64,000 nucleotides of DNA from an uncultured Gammaproteobacteria bacterium (GTDB lineage: Bacteria; Patescibacteriota; Patescibacteriia; UBA1558; 2-01-FULL-52-15), in NCBI GenBank assembly GCA_964402565.1, contig CAYOCJ010000002.1:391340-455339 (forward strand). Direction: 5' to 3'. A model generated the notes under the pieces. That model had not been told where the DNA came from and ran no database searches. It worked only from the letters and a program-made list of their open reading frames with translations. Positions 21,101 through 29,800 of this stretch are shown here, piece after piece. A program made the position numbers and the translations under genes. The first letter of the stretch is position 1; the number at the start of each line of letters is the position of its first letter.

Positions 21101-24100
21101 ATTTTTCAAAGGCGAGGTCGATGACGTACGTATTTTCAATCGCGCATTATCTGCCGGCGAAGTGAATCAGATCCGCCAAGAGGCCTTGGGCACTGCCGCA
21201 TCTCCTGGCGTCTTTGCACCAAGCACATCGTATAAAGTAAATATTTGTAATGCCGGTTCATGCTCATTGCAGCCGATCCTGAGCGATGAAGGTATGCCGT
21301 TCGTGACGCCATTGAATTTTGCCTTCAAAACAAAGGATGATGTTTGCCAGATCAGCTATGTCGAAGTATCGCCGAATCCGGCAGAGTTCACTGACCGTAG
21401 ACTCGAGTGTCTAGCGTCTGATGCGCCGCTTTGTACGAATGCAACGCCAAAAGCCATCATAGCTCAGGCGAAAGACCAGACCGGTTCTGATCTAACGGCC
21501 GCATATACCTGGCGGAAGACCATTGAGAAAGGTGGGTCCTATTCAAGTCAGATGTATGTACTGGATCAGTCAGGCACTCAGGCCCAGGTTCAGCATAAAG
21601 GCGTCCTCGGTATTGATTATAATGAGGTCACTGCTGATGGCGGCGTCGCCGGCACCGCTAAAGCTCAGGGCAGAATGGATTTCTCATTCTGCGAGAAGCC
21701 ATGGATAGGCGATACTGGTCCGAATACCGCATACTATCTGGATCCGACCTATGACTTGAAACTTTCATATTGCCGCGATGCGGCAGGTTTGAGCGAGCCG
21801 ACTGCTACCAGTACGCTCCCGAATTTGCCGGCACCGCATATCATTCGCTCAGGAACTGACTTCACATTCGGCGGCGACCTGATCAAGGAGCATGTGTTTA
21901 TCGTCGGTACGAATGTGAACTCTACCGGCACGCTGACCAGCGGAAATCCGGTACTGACGCCGGTTACCGGCATATCAACGACGAATTATCATCTCGGCGA
22001 TTTCGTGTATATCAAGCTCGATGCCCGCGATCCAGAAGGCGATTCATTCTTGTATACGATGACCGGCGAAGGCGGCGCTGATGCATTGCCTGCATCTGCA
22101 AGCTTCAATCCGCGCACCGGTGTCTTCATGTGGGTAATAGACAAAATACCGACGACGAATGGAGACGCGAATGCAAATAATGACTTTGCCATCACCTTCA
22201 ACACCACGCCTGCCTCGACCGGTGCTTCGACGGTCTATATCAACGTTGTGCCGACAACCACCACAACGCCAGTGAACCCTCCGGTGGTGAGCTTCACCAG
22301 TGCAACGGTGCCAGCTCCGCCGCCGCCAGCAATTATCGAGGGCGGAACCATGAATATCGATTACGGCAAGGAAGTCATCTTCAATACCAACGTGACCGGC
22401 TATGGCGGCGGTGCAGCCGGTGTCGTCAAATCATTTGTCTGGGATTTCCAGGACTCAGGCCTTACCTCGTATACTGATATTGGCGCGCCCACCTATAGTG
22501 CTCGGCACACGTTCCTTCAGTCCGGATTGCATCAGGTTACGTTTAGAGTACAGAATAGCGCCAATGCCTGGTCATTGCCGGCAGTCGTGAACATTATTGT
22601 CCGGCCAAAGACATCAATGCTTGATCCGTCCCTGTCTTCGCGCTCAGTGGCAATTGCAGGTTCTCCGTTCAAAGCGCTTATTGACGGTTTGCGTTCATTA
22701 TTCGCGCGAACCGCATTTGGTCAGTCACAGGGCGCTGCACCGTCAGAGGTGGCTGCTGTTTCAGTCGACGATGCTTCAACAACGAATAACCTCGTGAATG
22801 TACAGCTCTCGTGGAGAAATAACGGGACCTATAACGGCATCAAGATTTATCGAGATAATGCTGCCGTGCCGATCTATACCTCGCCAGCTGGTCCAATACC
22901 GACCACCTACACTGACCCAGGCCGTACCATCGGCACCGACTATGTCTATAAGGTCTGTGGGATTATAGGCACAGCCGAGAAATGCACTGAAGTCACGACG
23001 ACCGCTCGCCGCGTAGACTATGACATTATCGTTGCGCGCGTCTACCGGAATATTGGCATGCTTTCTGTGCGTGAATGGTATGAGGCCTATGCGCCAAATC
23101 CGACCGGCAGTCCGGCTTCGATAACGGTTGACGGTTATGACGCGATCAAGGATGGCTCCTCGGTATATGTAGGCATGGCTAACTGCGTTGACCCGGTGGC
23201 CTGTACGGGCAACCCGGGCATCTATACGAATATTTTGCTCCTGAGTTATAACGAGAATGCTCAGCAGTCTACCAAGGATATTTTCGACCAGCTCGTCAGC
23301 ACTATCCGTATTAATGAACGGTTGGTGACCCGCGACAATGGACGCGGCGCCTCGGATACCTGCAGCGGTGATGCAACGATCTCATGCGATACTGGCCATG
23401 ATGCGGTTTGTCAGGCAAAGAATGCCGGTCTCTGTACATCAGCGAAAGCAGAACTTCGCCGTGACCATAAGCGCGTCGTGGACTTGCATAGCATCAAGGC
23501 AAGTTTGGATGGCTATGCGCTCCAGCACCATTTCTGCGATGATGGAACCAATTCACGGGCGTGCAATGTTGATAGTGATTGCGGAGCGGGGCGGCGATGT
23601 ATTGCAGCGTACCCATCGCTCTCTTCAGGAAGCTATTTGGGAGGCATTTCAACGAGCCAGTGGCCGTCATGGAACGCAACCCTGGCACAGGATTTGAACA
23701 GCAGTTCATTGCCGAAAGATCCTATCAATAAATTCGGCGCAAATTTCTATTCAGCAACTCCGGCAAGCTGTCTGACACTTGTCGATGGGGCAGGCAATCC
23801 CGTGACCGGCCATGACAAGGACACGTGCTGGAACCAGAGAACATTGAAGATGCAATGCCAGAGGTATTCGGAAGTCTATGTCTACAAGAATTCCTTAGGA
23901 TCAAATTATAATCTATACGCGAATGCCGAAGCTCGAACGTGGCGCTGGGCAAACCTCGACACGCATGTCATTCTGACTGACCCGACGCTTGGCAATTTGT
24001 GCTTAGACAATGCGCGCGTCAATGCGGTGTGCGGCAATGGCGTCGTTGAGCGCTACTGTTCGAACAATAGTTCACAGTCATGCGCAGCGGATGCTGATTG

Positions 24101-26837
24101 CGGCGCTGGTAATACCTGCGTCGGTGAGCGATGCGACGGCGGATTTACGAATTATTGCGATTACCATTTTGGAGAAGCACGCTGGAATACCGATTTCACA
24201 GTCGGTTGTAATGCAACCTGCAGCGACTGGGGTGATCCGTATGCGCCAAACACCGCAACTGCCGGCCGCGCTGCATGCGGAGGAGCGTGTGGCGACGGTA
24301 TTGCTCAGACGCCTGCTTCGTCTCCGCCGGGCCCAGAACAATGCGATGGCGCAGCGCCTGCAACAACACATTGCACCAGCGGCGGGGCTGCGTATTGTAC
24401 AACGTCATGCCAGGTAGCATGTACGCAAGGCAGGCCATATAGCGGTACGTGCAATGACGGTATCGTACAAGCAGGCGAAGTGTGCGACGAAGGAAATATT
24501 TTGAACGGAACACCTGGTCATTGCAACCGAGCTTGCTCGGGCTATGGTTCTTTCTGCGGCGACGGAACGCTGACCCCTACTACTCAGACAGATCTGGGCT
24601 GCACCTGTGATTCGGCAGTCAGCTGTACGGCAGGCAGAGCTGTTATGGGCGCTGTGTGTGCCCGTTCATGCGCGGCTGCAGGACCAGCGCATCTGTATTC
24701 CTGCGTCAGCAATACAGAAGAGTGCGACACAGTCGCGGGGCTTACTAATTATAGCTGCCCTGCAAATTCAACATTGTATTGCGATACACAGTGTAACCGG
24801 GCTTGTACTGCAGACCTGAGAAATGATACTGCGGGCAACCGCCAGAGCATCCCGGTCTATGAACATTATTATAATGTTGCCAATGATGAGGATTTCGATT
24901 ATACAACCTTGAAAGTAGCTGATGCTCCCTATACGACCAAAGGCATCGCATTCTATGCAAACCCGCTAGGCGCATGCCCTGGACCAAGCGGCGTTACCGT
25001 TAATCGTTATGCGAGCACGACCAATAAGGATATTATCCTTAGGACATCGCTTCCTGCAGGCTCATGGACGCTTCTCGGCCCCGAGTTTTGTGCCTACACA
25101 GGAGCAGTAGCGGCAGATTCCAATATTGTGCCGGTTTACGACTGGGCATATTCGCCAAGTTCGAACCCGAAGACAAGTTTGCCGTCTGATTCGGATCATA
25201 AATTCTCGCGCAGCAGCTCGACAGCGCCGATCAACGGTGAAGGAACGAGTTATGTGATCCAGAATTCAGGATCGCCGATCTTCTGGGCTCGCCTCGGTCC
25301 ATTGCAGGAAACATGCGGCAATGATGTTCTCGAAGGCCTCGAAGAATGCGAACCAGGCACATACCAAGTGCCGACCGCTGAACAGGCGACGAGCGATAAT
25401 CGCCAGTATCAATGCGGCGCCGTATTTACGCCGAATGCATGCAGATTGTATGGAGGCTGGTGCGGCGATGGAGCAAAGAATGATCCATTCGAACAATGCG
25501 ATGAAGGTTTGCGATTCGTCTGTTCGGGGAATGCTGCAACGACCTGCAAGAATGATGATGATTGCAGCAAGCTCGGCTACGGCACCTGCCTCGGCAATGG
25601 CGCGCCCTGTAATAATGCGGCAGGAAACTGCACCTATTGCACTAAGTCATGCGGCAATGGCCTGATACCGCGCAATTATTGCGGCGACGGCATCGTGAAC
25701 TGCGGTGTGGACGCTATCTGCGGTAATGCAGACGATGTAGAGATCTGTGATGACGGAGCCGATAATGGCAAATCCTTGAAATGCAATGAGACGTGCAGCG
25801 GTTTGACCGGTACCGTATGCGGCAAGAATGGCGTCGAGAGATTCTGCAGCAATAACTCAGCTAATAAATGCGACACCCCGGGTAATCAAACGCTCTGTAC
25901 TACCGGAGGAGGCGTCTGCACTGGTGAAGTGTGTGACGATGGCGTCAACAATGGCCGCTGGACCAATACCTGCAGTAATAATGCAGATTGCAGGACTGAT
26001 GCTGATTGCGGCGCATTCGGCCCTTGCGGATCAGGTACGCCGCATGCATTCTGCAATTTCAGCTGCTTGGGCCCGACGGTTCCGTATTGCGGCGATGGCG
26101 TCGTGGAGGCAAGAAATGCTGGTCCTGATGGTAAGATCGTTTGTAGTAATGATGCTACGAAGACCTGCACGCAAGATGCTGCTGGTGACGCATATTGCAG
26201 AAGCCTTCCTGGCGGGACTCCCGCGGATGCGTGCAATAAAGATTATGTGACTGAGGTTTGTGACCTTGGCGCTGCGGTGAATGGCCAGCCAGGACAATGC
26301 AATGCGTCCTGTACTGGTCTTGCTCCATCACAATGCGGTAATGGCACCATTGATAATGGACGATGCACTATTAATGTGAGTAAGCCATGCACATCTCCTT
26401 CGGATTGTACTTCTGCTGAGGGGCAATGCCGGGGGACTGGGACTTGTACACTGAATGCGAATAAAACATGTCAGGATGATAGTGGCTGCTTGGCCGGAGA
26501 AGGTACCTGTGCAGGAGTAGAGACTTGTGACCAACCTTCGTCAGCGCCAGTCTTGCAGGCATGTAATGACGACACCTGGGGAGCACCTGGTAAGCCTGGT
26601 CTACAAACTGTCGGGTGTAACCTCTGTGTCTCTCAAAGTACCCAATGCCATGCATTCGGTTTGAAGATCTGGTCTGATGGAGCAGATGTTGCTTACCTGA
26701 ACGGGCATATGATGCTGCTTGATTTGGCGCCGCCGGGAGCACAATGCGTCGCAGATCCGTCACCGAATGGCGCTGATTATTCTGATGCCATTGCCGAAAG
26801 CCCAGCTCAGCCCAACAGTAATAAATGTGTTCCATAG
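15186..26837 (+). CDS. Giant (about 3880 aa) cell-surface protein: VirB2/TrbC-like pilin module + TIG/Ig-like domains + two LamG domains + PKD + FN3 + large cysteine-rich repeat array
   Basis: N-terminus paralogous to 13451 ([81 protein letters not shown]). First [27 protein letters not shown] repeat, then TIG-like repeats ([20 protein letters not shown]). LamG pairs ([19 protein letters not shown]...[41 protein letters not shown]...[15 protein letters not shown]). PKD (FVWDFQDSG...[17 protein letters not shown]). At least ten CG[DN]G...E.CD.G repeats through the C-terminus. Start taken at MHFRLSS (15186). Confidence 0.85.
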   Translation: [3883 protein letters not shown]

Positions 26838-26859
26838 AGTTTGATCGTGTACGGAGCAA

Positions 26860-29800
26860 ATGTCTCGAGTGAACATGAAAAGGCATTTTACCTATAGCAA
26901 ACAGAAGACAAAGGCGCATGAACTCGGTGCGCTTTTGGCATTATTGATATTCGCAGCTGGTTTTTTTTCCTATGTCCGTGTTCAACACATCAAGATACGA
27001 GATCTTGGCAAAGCACAGCCGGTCTATGCACAGGCTGCTCCGAATAATATTACATTTGTCCAGCAAAATGCGACCGGGACATCAGGCACTATTGCGCCAA
27101 ATGTTATACTGACCGCGCCGGTCACCGCAGGCAGCTTGCTGGTGCTTTCAGTAAACATAGTCGGTGATATCACGCATTCGATCAATAGCGTTACTGATAC
27201 GCAAGGGAATACCTGGGTACAGGCTATCGCGAAACATGATCATAATGATGCAGTATTCGTCGCAAGTCAGGAGCTATGGTATGCAGCCAATGCCAGAGCC
27301 GGGGCAACGACCATCACAGCAAATCTAAATGCGACATTAGGAGCGACCAATGCACGGCTCTACGCGCATGAATACCAGGGTGTTGCAACCTTGAATCCGC
27401 TCGATCAAACATCGTGGGCCATTGGCTTTGATCCGCCGCCATCTGCAAATGTGATATCTCCGTCGCGTACAACCTTTTTCCCGAACGAACTTATTTTTGC
27501 AGGTTCAGAAACGTGGGGTACACCGAACCCAGGTCCTGGATTCACCACGCGCGGCACCTTGAATTTGGACTATACGGAAGATAAGAATGTGAGCACAGTC
27601 GGCAGCAATAACGCGATTGTTCAGGTTGCTTCATGTGGAGGCAATTGCAGCTGGATGATACAGATGGCAACCTTCAGGGCATCTGCGCAGCCGAATCCAG
27701 TGCGTTTCTATAAGATGGACGAAGGATCAGGTTCCACCGTGCTCGATTCGTCAGTGTTCAATGCTCCGGGCACCAGTTACGGTTCGCCGTTGCCGACCTA
27801 TATCACTGGAGTCGGTCCATCCGGCACTGCTCTATATTTTAACAATGCCTCACAGTGGATCGAGAGCGATTGGCCTCCATCGCCTTCGCTTGATATTAGA
27901 AATGATTTTACTATTACCGCCTGGGTCAATTTTTCTTCAGTGGTGAACACGTATCCGCGTATTTTCCAAAAAGGAAGGCAAATAGCAAGCCCGACTGCAT
28001 TTTCATTAGGCATCAATACTCCCGGTGGAGTGTTGCGTCCTGAAGTTCGTGCACGCATCGGAGGCACCGAGTACTCTTCAGTGGACCCCTCGAATATGAG
28101 CATCAATACCTGGCATCATATTGCCGGCGTTCGCAATGGCACCAGTTTGAAAATCTTAGTTGATGGCGTTTTGAAAAATACCGTTGCCATACCAGCGGGC
28201 ACCATCGACCTGAATAGCGGCCAGACCGCATACTTGGGCGGCGGTCCGGTCGATGGCAGAATGACCGATGGCGGCATGGATGAGGTGCATGTATCAGCCC
28301 GCGCATTAAGCGATGCAGAGGTGCTTGCTGAATATCAAAGTTATGATAATCAGCCGCCTTCTCCCATTGTAAATTTGAGCCCCGCAGATGCGGCGACCGG
28401 CGTTTCTATCAATCCGACGTTGACCGCAACAACTGCATCAGACGCCACCCCTCCGATACAATATAATTTTGAATTATTCACGACGCCTGGCTGCAGCGGC
28501 GCCTTCACGCAGGCACGAGGCTACGCTGCTTCGACGAGCTGGATCCCGTCAACGCTCACCATGGGGACTACCTACTACTGGCACTATCGTGCGCGGGATT
28601 CAGCTGCATCGCCGAATGCGAGCGGATTCAGCGCGTGCACCTCATTCACCGTCGTTTCTGATACTAATCCGCCGACAGGAGTGGGGAATGTTTCTCCAGC
28701 CGATGCATCCGCAGGTATTTCTATAAACCCGACGCTTGTTGCCGCAACAGCAAGTGATGCTACGACGCCGGTACTGTATAATTTTGAACTGTGGTCCGGA
28801 GCTGGATGTACCGGTACGCTGCTTCAGTCAGTTGTGAATTATGCCCCGACAAATTGGAGCCCCACGACGCTTGCCTACGGCACTACGTACTACTGGAGAA
28901 ATCGAGCTCGTGACTCTGTAACACCGACGCCAAATCAAAGCGCGTACGGGCCGTGCTGGGCATTTACAACCTCATTGGTAGGCCCGGTAGCCTATTGGCC
29001 TTTCAATGGCAATGCGCAAGATGCAACAGGTAATGGGTATAATGGTACGTTGCAAAATGGACCAGGGTATGTCGCAGGGCGCGTGAATCAGGCTATTGGA
29101 ATGAATGGCATCAGTCAGCGCGTCGATATGGCGAACCCCGCCAGCGGGTTAACAGATATTCCTGCGAAGACCATCATAGCCTGGATCAATATGTCCTCAG
29201 GCTCAGGCAATACCTATAAAGATATTCTGGTGAAAGGCGATGCAGGCTGCGGCTGGTGGTTATCGGTCATGAACAGCAGCTTTGTACATTGGGGTCAATG
29301 CTTCTCTTCTGGCACATATGGCTCATGGGGGTCCCCGGCAGGATCAATTACGGCCAACCAATGGTATCAGGTAGCGGTGACCTATGATAATTCTAGCGCA
29401 GCGAATATTCCAACGTTCTATATTAATGGATCTCCGACTGCTTTGACCACGATCGGCAGTCCGATCGGCACGGTGAGCAGCGATGCACCATATTTGGTTT
29501 CAGCAGGCGGAGAGATACCAAATAACAATGAAAATTTTGGCGGCACTATTGATGAAGTGCGTCTTTATAATCGGGTACTGTCCGCTGCAGAGATTTCCAG
29601 CATTTATGCAGCTGACGCTGCCGCTGTGTGCGGAAATAATCTAAAAGAAACTGGCGAAACATGTGACGGTGCTGATCTTGCAGGCGCATCATGCACGACG
29701 CTTGGTTATTTCGGCGGCACCTTATCCTGCAACCCCACATGTACAGGATATGTCACTTCTTCCTGCACGAATTGCGGCAATAATACTATCCAGGCCGGTG

